A DNA stretch of 64,000 bases from Verrucomicrobiota bacterium (GCA_025457615.1 JALOTZ010000019.1:3100-67099), one strand, 5' to 3'. Positions 22,783 through 32,995 are shown, numbered from the stretch's first letter. Made by a program: numbers and translations. Notes: generated from the letters alone by a model not told the origin.

Positions 22783-23220
22783 CTACTTGCCCTTCAACTT
22801 GTCCAGTTCCGCGATGAAGGCCTTCGGGCCCCCTTTCATGTAGCCCAGTTCCCCCACCTGCTTCCCTTGACTGTTCAGCACAATGATCGTGGGATAACCC
22901 CGTACGCGGAATCGCTCCTGGAGGGCCTGGTTGGCCGCCTTGAGTTCCTTGCTTTGCTGCTTCTTGCGCGGGAAATCCACTTCCACCAGAACGAGGTTCT
23001 GGGCCGCATACTCGGCGAACTCCGGCTGTGAAAAGACTTCCTTGTTCAGCTTGATGCACCAGCCGCACCAATCGGACCCGGTGAAGTCCATCATCACCAG
23101 CTTGTTGTCCGCCTTGGCCTTGGCTTGGGCGTCCGGCAAACTCGTGAGCCAGTTCAACTCGGCCGCATTCGCAGCCACCACCACCATCGAAAACAGCAAT
23201 GTCAGCATCCATTTCTTCAT
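22783..23220 (-). CDS. Exported thioredoxin-family protein
   Basis: Signal peptide, DFTGSDWCGWC, GYPT cis-Pro loop. Confidence 0.92.
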   Translation of the reverse strand: MKKWMLTLLFSMVVVAANAAELNWLTSLPDAQAKAKADNKLVMMDFTGSDWCGWCIKLNKEVFSQPEFAEYAAQNLVLVEVDFPRKKQQSKELKAANQALQERFRVRGYPTIIVLNSQGKQVGELGYMKGGPKAFIAELDKLKGK

Positions 23221-23244
23221 AGTCTTGATTCCTTTCGTCTGGCG

Positions 23245-24633
23245 TTAGACGGCCACCGTCGCGCCTTGTTCAATCCAAACCGGCTTGCCCGCGACCAGAG
23301 TCGCCACCGCCCGACCCCGCAGCGTCCAGCCGTGGAACGGGCTGTTGGACGATTTGCTGGCCGATTGCCCCACATCATAAACCCAGGAACGGTCCGGGTC
23401 CATCACCGTGATGTCCGCGTCCGCCCCCACACTGAGCGTGCCCTTGGACAGGTGCAGGAGCCGCGCCGGGTTCACCGTGAACTTGGCGATCACCTGGCTC
23501 AATCCGAGCCGACCGCCATGATAAAGCTGCATGAGAGACAGCGCCAGTTCGGTTTCCAGCCCGAGAATCCCGAACGGGGCGTAGTCGAACTCGACTTCCT
23601 TCTCGAAATTGCAGTGCGGCGCGTGATCGCTGCACAGGATCTCGATCGTGCCGTCGGTCAAGGCGTCCAGAATGGCCGCCCGATCCGCCGCCGCTCGCAA
23701 CGGCGGGTTCATCTTGAACCGGGTGTCGTAGGCGGGCCAGGACGGAAGTTCCCCGCCGGAACCACCCATCCCATACACCCCCTGCCCATCCGCCGGCCAG
23801 AACTTGTGGGAGCCCGCCACCGCGGAATCGGTGAGCGTGAAATGATGCGGACACGCCTCGCCGGAAATGGGCACACCCCGGCTCCGGGCATCGCGCAACA
23901 GCCGCACGCTCCCGGCGGCGCTGAGGTGCTGACAGTGCACATGCGACCCCGTTGTCTCGGCCAGCAGGATGTTGCGGGCGACAATCAGTTCCTCGCCCGC
24001 CGCGGGCCATCCGCGCAATCCCAGCAACGTGCTCACATAGCCCTCGTGCATCACCCCCTCCGTCACCAGCGAATAGTCCTGGCAATGGTCCATCACCGGC
24101 AGATCGAACATCTGCGCGTACTCCAGCGCCCGGCGCATCAGTTCATGATTCTGGATGCAGTGGCCGTCATCGGTGATCGCCACCACCCCGGCTTTCTTGA
24201 GCGACCCGATGGAGGCCAGTTCCTCGCCGGCGATGCCCTTGGTGATGGCCCCCGCCACGAACACGTTCACCACGCCCCGCTGGGCCGCCCGTTCCTGGAT
24301 CAATGCCACCGTGCCCGAGTTGTCGATGGCCGGGGAGGTGTTGGGCATGCAGACCACGGACGTAAACCCGCCGCGGGCGGCGGCGCGCGTGCCGCTGGCC
24401 ATGTCTTCCTTGGCCGTCTGGCCGGGATCCCGCAGGTGCACATGCAGATCGATCAACCCCGGACACACCACCTGTCCGGTGACATCCATGATCTCGGCAT
24501 CCGCCGGGGCCTGGGCGCGGGCCGCGGGACCGACGGCCGCGATCCTGCCCTCGCGCACCAAAACGTCAGCCGGGGCATCCAGGTGATTGGCGGGATCCAC
24601 TACGCGCCCGCCGCGCAGGAGCAGCGCGTTCAT
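23245..24633 (-). CDS. pyrC: Dihydroorotase
   Basis: DLHVHLRDPG, MPNTSP, CPHHF, KMNPPLR, SDHAPH, APFGILGLE; start set at MNALLLRGG. Confidence 0.95.
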   Translation of the reverse strand: MNALLLRGGRVVDPANHLDAPADVLVREGRIAAVGPAARAQAPADAEIMDVTGQVVCPGLIDLHVHLRDPGQTAKEDMASGTRAAARGGFTSVVCMPNTSPAIDNSGTVALIQERAAQRGVVNVFVAGAITKGIAGEELASIGSLKKAGVVAITDDGHCIQNHELMRRALEYAQMFDLPVMDHCQDYSLVTEGVMHEGYVSTLLGLRGWPAAGEELIVARNILLAETTGSHVHCQHLSAAGSVRLLRDARSRGVPISGEACPHHFTLTDSAVAGSHKFWPADGQGVYGMGGSGGELPSWPAYDTRFKMNPPLRAAADRAAILDALTDGTIEILCSDHAPHCNFEKEVEFDYAPFGILGLETELALSLMQLYHGGRLGLSQVIAKFTVNPARLLHLSKGTLSVGADADITVMDPDRSWVYDVGQSASKSSNSPFHGWTLRGRAVATLVAGKPVWIEQGATVAV

Positions 24634-24660
24634 TGGCGTGGGAGGATACGGCCCGGCGGA

Positions 24661-24688
24661 TTGACAAGGCAAGCATGCGCGATATGAT
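24661..24688 (+). promoter_or_regulatory. Sigma70-type promoter of tRNA-Gly
   Basis: TTGACA-N16-TATGAT, 78 nt upstream of the tRNA. Confidence 0.7.
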
Positions 24689-24766
24689 TCGGACGCGTTC
24701 CGACCAGCCGCTTTCCGGCGTCGCCGGAGGCTGGACCGCACCGGGGCAAGGCTTTGGCACACGGAC

Positions 24767-24840
24767 GCGGGCGTAGTTCAATGGTAGAACGGCAGCCTTC
24801 CAAGCTGCACACGAGGGTTCGATTCCCTTCGCCCGCTCCA
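24767..24840 (+). tRNA. tRNA-Gly (anticodon TCC)
   Basis: Acceptor GCGGGCG/CGCCCGC, anticodon arm GCAGC-CTTCCAA-GCTGC, T-loop GGTTCGATTCC, encoded CCA. Confidence 0.97.
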
Positions 24841-24915
24841 TTCCTCCTAAGTTCTTGGGAGAGGAGCGGAACTCGAAACGGAGGCCGCATGAGGAGGGCA
24901 AACAGGACATCCGCA

Positions 24916-25830
24916 ATGCCACGAACCGCGGGTCTGCGTCTGGGGTTGTGTTGTCAATTCGCCGCCGAGCCGATCAAGTTCCGCACGACGACGGCGACGG
25001 CGATGCTGCGTCTGGGAAGGCGCGATCGGCTGGCGCGGCTGGCGCAACTGTGCCAATCCAACGCCAAGGCATTGAGGCAGTCGCTGGAATTTTGCGCCGG
25101 TCACCACATTGGCGCATTCCGGATCAACAGCCAGATCCTGCCGGTGAAGACGCACGCGGAGGCTGGCTACCAGATCGAGGAGCTGCCAGGGAACGCGGAC
25201 ATCATCGCGCGCTTTCAGGAGTGCGGCGAGTTCGCCCGCGCGACTGATCTGCGGCTGTCGTTTCATCCGGACCAATTCGTGGTGCTCAATTCGCCGAACC
25301 CCCAAACGCTCGCGCATTCGCTGGCGGAACTCAGCTATCAGGCCGAGGTCGCGGAGTGGGTCGGCGCGGACACGGTGAACATCCACGGCGGCGGGGCGTA
25401 TGGCGACAAGGCGGCGGCGCTGCGCGTGCTGCGCGAAAACATCGAGCGCCTGCCCGAACCGGTGCGGTCGCGCCTCACGCTGGAGAACGATGACCGGGTT
25501 TACACGCCGGGGGACTTGCTGCCCGTCTGCGCGGACACCGGCGTGCCGCTGGTTTACGACGTGCATCATCATCGCTGCCTGCCGGACGGCTTGAGCGTGA
25601 TCCAGGCCACGGAACGGGCGCGGAAAACATGGAAGACCGAGCCGCTGTTTCACATTTCCAGCCCGATCGAGGGCTGGGACGGACCAAAACCGGAACGGCA
25701 TCATGACTACATCAACGCGGCGGATTTTCCGAAAGCGTGGCTGGGCTGGCCACTGACGGTGGAAGTCGAAGCGAAGGCGAAGGAACTGGCCGTGGCCAAA
25801 CTCAGCGCCGATCTTAATCGCCAAGCATAG
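24916..25830 (+). CDS. uvsE: UV damage endonuclease
   Basis: FRINS, RLSFHPDQFVVLNS, NIHGGG, LTLENDD, YDVHHH, HISS, HHDYI, EAKAKE; alternative start 24889. Confidence 0.92.
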   Translation: MPRTAGLRLGLCCQFAAEPIKFRTTTATAMLRLGRRDRLARLAQLCQSNAKALRQSLEFCAGHHIGAFRINSQILPVKTHAEAGYQIEELPGNADIIARFQECGEFARATDLRLSFHPDQFVVLNSPNPQTLAHSLAELSYQAEVAEWVGADTVNIHGGGAYGDKAAALRVLRENIERLPEPVRSRLTLENDDRVYTPGDLLPVCADTGVPLVYDVHHHRCLPDGLSVIQATERARKTWKTEPLFHISSPIEGWDGPKPERHHDYINAADFPKAWLGWPLTVEVEAKAKELAVAKLSADLNRQA

Positions 25831-25834
25831 TCAA

Positions 25835-27280
25835 ATGTCACCAGCCAAGACCATCCTTGTCACTGGCGCGACCGGCTACGTCGGCGGCAGATTATTGCCG
25901 CTGTTGGTGGAGGATGGCTGGCGAGTGAGATGCCTGGCGCGGCAGCCGCAACGCTTGTCGTCGCGCGTGCCGGCGGGCGTGGAGGTGGTTGCTGGCGATG
26001 TGTTGGATGCCGCTTCATTGTCCGCGGCCATGCAGGGCGTCGAGGCGGCCTATTATCTGGTTCATTCGCTGGGCGCGACGGGCGATTTTGAAGCGCAGGA
26101 CCGTCTGGCCGCGGAGAATTTCGCCGCCGCCGCTCGCGCCGCGGGCGTGCAGCGGATCATCTATCTCGGAGGCTTGGGCGCAGTTGAGCCGGACCTGTCG
26201 GCACACCTGCGCAGCCGGCACGAGGTGGGCGAGCGATTGCGGGCGCACGCTGTGCCGGTGATCGAGTTCCGGGCATCCATCATCATCGGCTCGGGCAGCT
26301 TGTCCTATGAAATGATCCGGGCATTGGTGGAGCGGCTGCCAGTCATGGTGACGCCGCGCTGGGTGCGGGTAACGGCGCAACCCATCGCCATCGGCGACGT
26401 GCTGGCCTATCTCCGGGCGGCACTGTCCCTCAAGCTGGAGGGCAGCGTCGTCGTCGAGATCGGCGGGCCGGACCAGGTTTCGTATGGCGAGCTGATGCGC
26501 GAATACGCGCGGCAGCGCGGGCTGCGGCGACTGATGATTCCCGTCCCGCTGCTGACGCCGCGACTTTCGAGTTTGTGGCTGGGCCTGGTGACGCCGCTGT
26601 ATGCCCGCGTGGGTCGCAAGCTGGTGGACAGCCTCCGCCATTCGACCGTGGTGCGCGACGATTCTGCGCAACGCTTGTTTGCCATCAGACCGATTGGCGT
26701 GCAGGAGGCGATTGCGAGCGCCCTGAGAAACGAGGACTCAGCCTTCGCGCAAACCCGGTGGTCGGACGCATTATCCGCCGGGGGCACCCCCCGGCAGTGG
26801 GGCGGCACACGATTCGGCAACCGGCTGGTGGACTTGCGGTCGGCGCAGGTGGTAGTGTCGCCGGCAAAGGTGTTTACTGCTGTCGAACGCATCGGCGGCT
26901 CAAGGGGCTGGTATTATGCGAACTGGCTTTGGTGGTTGCGAGGCTGGCTGGACCTGCTCATGGGCGGGGTGGGAATGCGCCGTGGTCGCCGTGATCCGGA
27001 GCACCTGCGGGCGGGCGACACGCTGGACTGCTGGCGCGTGGAGAGCATCGAGGCGGGGCAGCGATTGCGCCTTTCTGCCGAGATGAAACTGCCGGGCCGG
27101 GCGTGGCTGGAGTTTGAGGTGCAACCGGATGGAAACGGGGCGCGGCTGCACCAGACGGCGACGTTTGATCCACTGGGATTATGGGGGCTGGCCTATTGGT
27201 ATGGCGTCTGGCCATTGCACCAGCTTGTGTTCGCCGGGATGCTGCGCGGCATCGCCAAAGCGGCGGAGGAACGCAAATGA
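25835..27280 (+). CDS. NAD(P)-binding SDR-like protein with DUF2867 C-terminus (YbjT-like)
   Basis: TGATGYVG, YYLVHS, SAHLRSRHEVG, IGGSRGWYY, AEMKLPGRAWLEF, GLAYWY. Confidence 0.9.
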   Translation: MSPAKTILVTGATGYVGGRLLPLLVEDGWRVRCLARQPQRLSSRVPAGVEVVAGDVLDAASLSAAMQGVEAAYYLVHSLGATGDFEAQDRLAAENFAAAARAAGVQRIIYLGGLGAVEPDLSAHLRSRHEVGERLRAHAVPVIEFRASIIIGSGSLSYEMIRALVERLPVMVTPRWVRVTAQPIAIGDVLAYLRAALSLKLEGSVVVEIGGPDQVSYGELMREYARQRGLRRLMIPVPLLTPRLSSLWLGLVTPLYARVGRKLVDSLRHSTVVRDDSAQRLFAIRPIGVQEAIASALRNEDSAFAQTRWSDALSAGGTPRQWGGTRFGNRLVDLRSAQVVVSPAKVFTAVERIGGSRGWYYANWLWWLRGWLDLLMGGVGMRRGRRDPEHLRAGDTLDCWRVESIEAGQRLRLSAEMKLPGRAWLEFEVQPDGNGARLHQTATFDPLGLWGLAYWYGVWPLHQLVFAGMLRGIAKAAEERK

Positions 27281-27296
27281 TGTCGATTCCACCCAG

Positions 27297-27315
27297 CCTC
27301 TCCCACGGGGAGAGG
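27297..27315. repeat. REP-like hairpin between convergent genes
   Basis: CCTCTCCC-ACG-GGGAGAGG inverted repeat. Confidence 0.5.
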
Positions 27316-27589
27316 AGGCGGGCAGCCCGTTAAAACACTTCCGTCGCCCTCAAGACGGGCGCTCCGGACGGCACGCCGAGCAGTTTCTCAGACAGGCCAG
27401 CCGCCAACCGGGGTTCCGGCCTGGATTCGGGGATAAAGGCCTCTGACAGCAGCCGGTCCAGTTGCCCCGCCAGGCACAAAGGCAATGACAGGAGTCGCAG
27501 CGTTTGCGACTCGTCCCCCGACAGTTTCAGGACTTCCAATGTCAGGGCAACATGCCCCGCGCCGGCACCGCTACGCAACCGTTGCGCGA

Positions 27590-28765
27590 TTAGTATTGTC
27601 CCGCCGCCGCGCCCAGTTCCGCTTGGAGCAGCGCGGCGATTTCGATGGGCTTGCCATGAATCGCCCCCCGCTCTTCACGCTCCGGGGCCGACAAGCTTTG
27701 CTCAGCCGCCTCCAGCACCACCGTGGTCCAGAACCCCAGCTCGACCGGGTTCATCAGGCGCTGGCGTTCGGCCTCCTCCAACGTTCCGTTGCGCGCCCTG
27801 AGGATCTTCTGGTAGAGCCGTCCCGGATGGCTGATGCCGTAACCGGTCACCAGGCCGTCAGCCTCGAAATTGCGGAACAACGGGTTGCGCTCCTGAATGC
27901 CTTCCCGGCCCAGCTCGTGGTAACCGGGCATGTCGAGGTCCAGATCGAGCATCCCTTCCGTGCAAATGATGCGGGCCGACTGGACAGTGGTCGAGTGCGC
28001 CGCATTGGGCAGGTGCCAGCCCGTCACAATATGGGCCACCCCGCCGTTCTCGAACGTCACCTCCGTGTCACACAGGTCATAACCGTGGACCGCAATCGGC
28101 GCCAGGCTGGGCAGCTTCTGCCGCCAGCCATTGGCCCGCACCCGGACGGGCTTCAGGTTGACGATCCGGATGAACGCATCCGCCATGTGCACGGTCAGGA
28201 ACGAGATCGGCGAGTTCTTCGCCGCGAAATCCGACGACGCAAAAAAGCGCGGGACATGGTTCGGGTCGGCCACCAGCAACTTGTCGAGCATGTACCACAC
28301 CGCCGCCTGAAATGTCCCATACTCGCCCCGCTGATACCGCGCGGCGGCTTCCTTGATCCGCGGATCGTCCCGCTTGTGAAAATCCACCCCCAGCAACCGC
28401 CCGCTGGCCCGCGCCGCCTCGATCATCCGGTGGGCCGATTGGATCGAGTCCGACAGCGGTTTGGGCACCACGACATCCAACCCCGCCTCGAGCGCGTGTA
28501 TCGTCGGCTGCTCGTGCAGGTGGTCCGGCGTGTTGACCTGCACCGCGTCGAGCCTCACCCGGTCGAGCATCTCCTCGTAGCTGCCGAACCGCCGCTCGGG
28601 AGGGATGGCGTACTGGTCGCAAAACTCGTTCAGACCCTTTTCATAGGGATCGGCCGCCGCCTCGATCGAGAGCCGGGGGGCATATTCACTGTGGAAATAG
28701 AGGTGACGATAGATCTCGCGCACGACGGATCCCGTCCCGATGACACCAATACGCAGTTTCTCCAT
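27590..28765 (-). CDS. Gfo/Idh/MocA-family oxidoreductase
   Basis: IGVIGTG, NTPDHLH, PKPL, DFHKR. Confidence 0.88.
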   Translation of the reverse strand: MEKLRIGVIGTGSVVREIYRHLYFHSEYAPRLSIEAAADPYEKGLNEFCDQYAIPPERRFGSYEEMLDRVRLDAVQVNTPDHLHEQPTIHALEAGLDVVVPKPLSDSIQSAHRMIEAARASGRLLGVDFHKRDDPRIKEAAARYQRGEYGTFQAAVWYMLDKLLVADPNHVPRFFASSDFAAKNSPISFLTVHMADAFIRIVNLKPVRVRANGWRQKLPSLAPIAVHGYDLCDTEVTFENGGVAHIVTGWHLPNAAHSTTVQSARIICTEGMLDLDLDMPGYHELGREGIQERNPLFRNFEADGLVTGYGISHPGRLYQKILRARNGTLEEAERQRLMNPVELGFWTTVVLEAAEQSLSAPEREERGAIHGKPIEIAALLQAELGAAAGQY

Positions 28766-28770
28766 AGAGG

Positions 28771-30516
28771 TTACGTGGCTTTGCCGCCCGGGCGGCCCGG
28801 GGATTCTTGATGCGGACGTGGGGCGGTCCCCACATGCTGCAGAATGAACAGCGCCAGGAACTCGGTGAATCTCACCATCTCGGCAATCTCAATTTGCTCG
28901 TGATCGGCATGCGCGTGGGCCAGATGCCCCGGGCCGCTGGTGAGCACCGTCAAGTCCGGGTGCTCCGTGGCAAACAAGCGCGCGTCGCAGGATACGTCCC
29001 AGCCCCGCACCGGTCCGTCATCCCAAATCCCCGACGCCCGGGCCGCGGCGATGGCATCGCTCATCGCCGGCGAGTCGGGTCGCCCGGCAAAGGCCGCGTT
29101 GTGCAGCTTGTCAAAGCTCACCTGAAAGACCGGGGACGCCGCATCGTTGCGGCCCATCCGCCCGAGATACCGCGCCGCGCCGCGCCACACCGCCTGCCGC
29201 AGCCGCTCCTGAACCTCGGACATCGGATGCGTTGGCAGGAACCCCTGCCCTCCCTCCATCACCAGGTGCGAGACATCCGCCCAGCCCGCCAGAGCCAGTT
29301 CCATGCTGGCGCCGGCCATCCGTTCCAAAGCCGCCCGGCTGGCGACCAGGGACCGCACCAACGCCGCCAGCTTGGTGATGGCCCCGTCATTCTGCAGAAT
29401 TGAACCCATGTGGCCCGTTGAGCCGTGCACCGCCACCTGGTAGCAGCCAGCCGCCGGCTCCGTCAGATCGTAGTGGCGTTCGACCTTGGGCTTGCCGGTG
29501 GCCGGGTCGTTGACCTGGGTCTTGTCCCCATACCACCCGACATACTGCCGCAAGCCTTCGGCGAGCACGTCCTCGATCATCGCGCGCACGGGCGGCGTGG
29601 GCACGACGCCCTTGAACCGGATTTCGAACTCGACGCGCCCGCAGATGCGCGAGGGATGCTCACCCCAATGGCCCAGAATCCCATGACAGGTTTGCACCGG
29701 ACGGTGAGGAAAGAGGTCGTGCCGGCTCTCGGCCCGCAGTGCCAGCCCCTCCCACTCGATCTCCTCGATGATGAAGGCCGACGCCTCGAACAGGTTCGCC
29801 CCCGCCAGGCGCGCCTCGACCTTGTACCAAAGCGCTCCACGGTTGCCGGGGTGGATCTGGCTCGAGCAGCATTCCAAGACCATCAAGGTGTCGTAACGCC
29901 GCCGCAGCTCCCGGTCCAGCGCCAGGGACAACGACCCGTTGCCGCCGGTCTCCTCCTCAATCACAAACATCGCGGTCAATGAGTTGGCCAGCTCCACAGC
30001 CCCCGCACCCCCTGCCCCCCGCACCAGCTTCATCGCTCCCAGCAGACAGACCAGCGGCCCCTTGTCATCGCAGGCACCACGGCCATGCACCCGCCCACCC
30101 TCGACCCGCGGCGGGATGTAGGGCGGCACCACGTCCACGTGGGCATTGAAGGCCAGCGCCGTCCCGCCGCCGCCTGCCCCTTCCACGGTGGCCACCAGGT
30201 TGGATCGTCCCGCGTATGCCTCCACGACCGGGATCGCCCCGGCACCGGTCGGACGCGCCGTGTAATAAGGGATCGAGTAGAACGGGTGCGCCGCGATCGC
30301 CGGGTTGATGGGTACGCGACGCAGGCCCAGGCCCGGCCATTGGAGCTTGCGCAGGTGTCTTTCGACGATGCGCAACGCCTCATCCTCCGCGGCGCGATAA
30401 GCTGCCACATCCGCTCTGGCCGTGGTATCCACCCGGCAAAGTTCCACCAGCAGATCCACCAGGTACTGACGAAACCCCTCGCTCCGGGCTTCCTGCTGGA
30501 GCTTGGCAATATTCAT
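28771..30516 (-). CDS. M20-family deacylase (ArgE/DapE-like), enlarged
   Basis: NAHVDVV, GRGACDDKG, EEETGG, C-terminal AHADHEQI. Confidence 0.85.
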   Translation of the reverse strand: MNIAKLQQEARSEGFRQYLVDLLVELCRVDTTARADVAAYRAAEDEALRIVERHLRKLQWPGLGLRRVPINPAIAAHPFYSIPYYTARPTGAGAIPVVEAYAGRSNLVATVEGAGGGGTALAFNAHVDVVPPYIPPRVEGGRVHGRGACDDKGPLVCLLGAMKLVRGAGGAGAVELANSLTAMFVIEEETGGNGSLSLALDRELRRRYDTLMVLECCSSQIHPGNRGALWYKVEARLAGANLFEASAFIIEEIEWEGLALRAESRHDLFPHRPVQTCHGILGHWGEHPSRICGRVEFEIRFKGVVPTPPVRAMIEDVLAEGLRQYVGWYGDKTQVNDPATGKPKVERHYDLTEPAAGCYQVAVHGSTGHMGSILQNDGAITKLAALVRSLVASRAALERMAGASMELALAGWADVSHLVMEGGQGFLPTHPMSEVQERLRQAVWRGAARYLGRMGRNDAASPVFQVSFDKLHNAAFAGRPDSPAMSDAIAAARASGIWDDGPVRGWDVSCDARLFATEHPDLTVLTSGPGHLAHAHADHEQIEIAEMVRFTEFLALFILQHVGTAPRPHQESPGRPGGKAT

Positions 30517-30538
30517 GGGCGCTTTGCGAGCAAAGGAC

Positions 30539-31918
30539 TCAGCACCTTCGAAGCGCCGCAGCGAAGCATTCCTCGATCACCGCCATCGCCTCGCGCAGCG
30601 CGTCTTCCTCGATCACCAGCGGGGGACTGAGCTTCACGCTGGCGCCGCCGTAGCCCACCGGGGCGAACAGCATCACCCCGCTCTGCACCGCGCGCCCCAC
30701 CACCTCCCACGCCAGCCGCGCATCCGGCTGCTTGCCCCCCGCTTGGACACAGTGCAGGGAGGCCACCAACCCGCGGCCGTGATGGGCCACAATCCGATCC
30801 CGAAACCGCCGCTGAATTTGCGCCGCCATGGACTGCATCACCGGACCCGTTGCCGCCGCCCGCTTCGCCAGCTCTTCCCCGAGGATAATTTTGAGGTTGG
30901 CCAGCGCGACCGCGCAGCAGATCGGGTTCCCCGAATGCGTGCTCGTCATCGAGCCCGGCGGAAACTGGTCCATGATCTCGCGACGTCCGATGACCGCGCT
31001 CAACGGCAGCGATCCGGTGATGCCTTTGCCACAGGCGATCAGGTCCGGGACAATCCCATAGTGCTCGAATCCCCAGAACCGGCCCGTCCGCCCAAACCCG
31101 GCCTGCACCTCGTCCATGATCAGGAGCGCGTCGTGACGGTCACACCATTGCCGCAACGCCTGCATGTACTCCGCCGGGGCAAAACTCGAATTGCCGCCCT
31201 GGTAGGTCTCCGTCAAGACCCCACACACCCGCCCGGGCGCAATGCCCTGGCGCTCGAGCGAACGCAGAAAGGCGGGAAATTCGTTGTCCTCCGGCGCACA
31301 CCGCACCCCGCCGTCGGGGAACGGCACCTGGATGAAATGCTCGTCCGGATAGCCGATCCATTCCTTGAGCCCGGGGATGCCACCGGCCAGTTGCGACCCC
31401 AGCGTGCGCCCGTGAAATGCGTTGTGAAAACTCACCAGCACCGGATTCTTCTTGCCCGCCCGCCGGCCGTGCTCGCGCGCCAGTTTCAGGCACAGTTCGT
31501 CGGCCTCCGACCCGGTGCTCAACAACATGACCTTGTCATCCGGGCGCGGCGCCTGCTGCCGGAGCAGTTCCACCAACTCGGCCCGGATCCGGTGCGGAAA
31601 ACAGTAGGTCGTCAGCAACGGCTTCCGGGCCTGGCTGACCATGGCCTCGACCATCGGCTGCCGCCCATGACCCGCGTTGGTGATCAGCACGCCGGAGGAC
31701 AGGTCGATCCAGCGGTTGCCCCAGGCGTCGAACACGCTCGCCATCTCCGCCCGATCCCACACAATCGGCGGCTGGCCCTCCATGCAAAGCGGCTCGATCT
31801 CCCGCAACCGCTCCAGCAGCGGAACCGATTCCGGATGGGGAATCGGCGAGGCGATTCTCCGGTGTTTGGTCTCCACGCGCGGCACCTCGACCGGCGTGAT
31901 CGAATAGGCATCTCCCAT
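30539..31918 (-). CDS. Class III PLP aminotransferase
   Basis: TGSEA, FHGRT, DEVQAGFGRTG, PDLIACGKG (PLP Lys), THSGNP. Confidence 0.92.
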   Translation of the reverse strand: MGDAYSITPVEVPRVETKHRRIASPIPHPESVPLLERLREIEPLCMEGQPPIVWDRAEMASVFDAWGNRWIDLSSGVLITNAGHGRQPMVEAMVSQARKPLLTTYCFPHRIRAELVELLRQQAPRPDDKVMLLSTGSEADELCLKLAREHGRRAGKKNPVLVSFHNAFHGRTLGSQLAGGIPGLKEWIGYPDEHFIQVPFPDGGVRCAPEDNEFPAFLRSLERQGIAPGRVCGVLTETYQGGNSSFAPAEYMQALRQWCDRHDALLIMDEVQAGFGRTGRFWGFEHYGIVPDLIACGKGITGSLPLSAVIGRREIMDQFPPGSMTSTHSGNPICCAVALANLKIILGEELAKRAAATGPVMQSMAAQIQRRFRDRIVAHHGRGLVASLHCVQAGGKQPDARLAWEVVGRAVQSGVMLFAPVGYGGASVKLSPPLVIEEDALREAMAVIEECFAAALRRC

Positions 31919-31954
31919 AGCGTTTAGTGTAGTGTCTGTTTGGGCTTTCGGATC

Positions 31955-32995
31955 CTAGGCCGACTCGCGAACCACCAGTTTGGGCTGCACCACGCGCGTC
32001 CGCTCCGCCCGGGACAACGGCTTTCCATCCAGCGTCGCCAGCAACAGATCCACAGCCGCCCTCGCGAAATCCACGTTGTTTTGATCAATGGTCGTCAAGG
32101 ACGGATCGAACAGCGCCCCCGCTTCGAGGTTGTCGAACCCCACCACGGCCACCTCGCCGGGCACGTCCAGCCCGCGACGCCGCAGCGCCTTGATCAGATC
32201 AACGGCCCAAATGTCATTGGACGCCACAATGGCATCGGCACCCCCGCGAACCACGAGCGCGTCCACCGCGCCATCCAGAACCTCTCTCGAGGGCGGAAAC
32301 TCGCCAGTCCCGGACCAAATCAACGAACGCGAGCGCTCGCCGTCCGGATCCCCGACACCGGCGAGGTAGCCGCGCCGGCGATCCTCCATCAGGCTGTCGG
32401 TCTCGGGAGCCGCATTGAGGGCCAAGGCCACCCGCCGGCGACCGCGCCCGAGCAAATAGGTCACCGCTTCGCGAACCCCCGCCGCGCGGTCCACATCCAC
32501 GCAGCAGGCCCCCTGCACCAACGACACCGTCTGGAACACCAGCGCCCGGGTCTGCGCCAGCAGATCCATCACCTCCGGATTCGAGGGCATCAACGGATTG
32601 TGAAAGCAGACCAGCGCCCCGATCCCCCGCGACAGAAAATCGTTGATGTAACCCGCCGTATGCGCGGCGTCGTTGTGGAACTGCCCGATCATCAGCCGGT
32701 AGCCCCGCCCGTAAGCCTCCCGCTCGATCGCCGCCAGCCGCCCATAGTTGGCCGCCGTCGATTCGGCACCAATCATCACCCCGATCACATCGTGCTTGCG
32801 CCCCTTGAGCATCTGGGCCGCCATGTTGGGGCGGAACTGCATCCGGCGGGCAACCCGCCGGACCTTCTCGGCCGTCTTGTCGCCGACCCGGATGGTGCCG
32901 CGGGAACCGCCCCGCAACGCCACCGACGCCACGGCGATCGACACGCCGGCGCGCTCGGCGACATCGCTCAAACGGGGCGCCCGGAATTGCATCAT
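31955..32995 (-). CDS. LacI-family transcriptional regulator
   Basis: LSDVAERAGVSIAVAS HTH, FRPNMAAQML, VVGFDN, PSLTTI. Confidence 0.95.
   Translation of the reverse strand: MMQFRAPRLSDVAERAGVSIAVASVALRGGSRGTIRVGDKTAEKVRRVARRMQFRPNMAAQMLKGRKHDVIGVMIGAESTAANYGRLAAIEREAYGRGYRLMIGQFHNDAAHTAGYINDFLSRGIGALVCFHNPLMPSNPEVMDLLAQTRALVFQTVSLVQGACCVDVDRAAGVREAVTYLLGRGRRRVALALNAAPETDSLMEDRRRGYLAGVGDPDGERSRSLIWSGTGEFPPSREVLDGAVDALVVRGGADAIVASNDIWAVDLIKALRRRGLDVPGEVAVVGFDNLEAGALFDPSLTTIDQNNVDFARAAVDLLLATLDGKPLSRAERTRVVQPKLVVRESA

Noticed and set aside
20808-24687. Long plus-strand ORFs (630 aa, 520 aa)
   Set aside because: Antisense shadows of the S8-like gene and pyrC
27282-27305. TCGATTCC...CTCCCA as an att copy of the tRNA-Gly 3' end
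   Set aside because: Only 8 contiguous nt match; the rest is explained by the REP-like hairpin
27320-27400. Possible IS/MITE terminal remnants
   Set aside because: No clean inverted-repeat pair, target duplication or transposase
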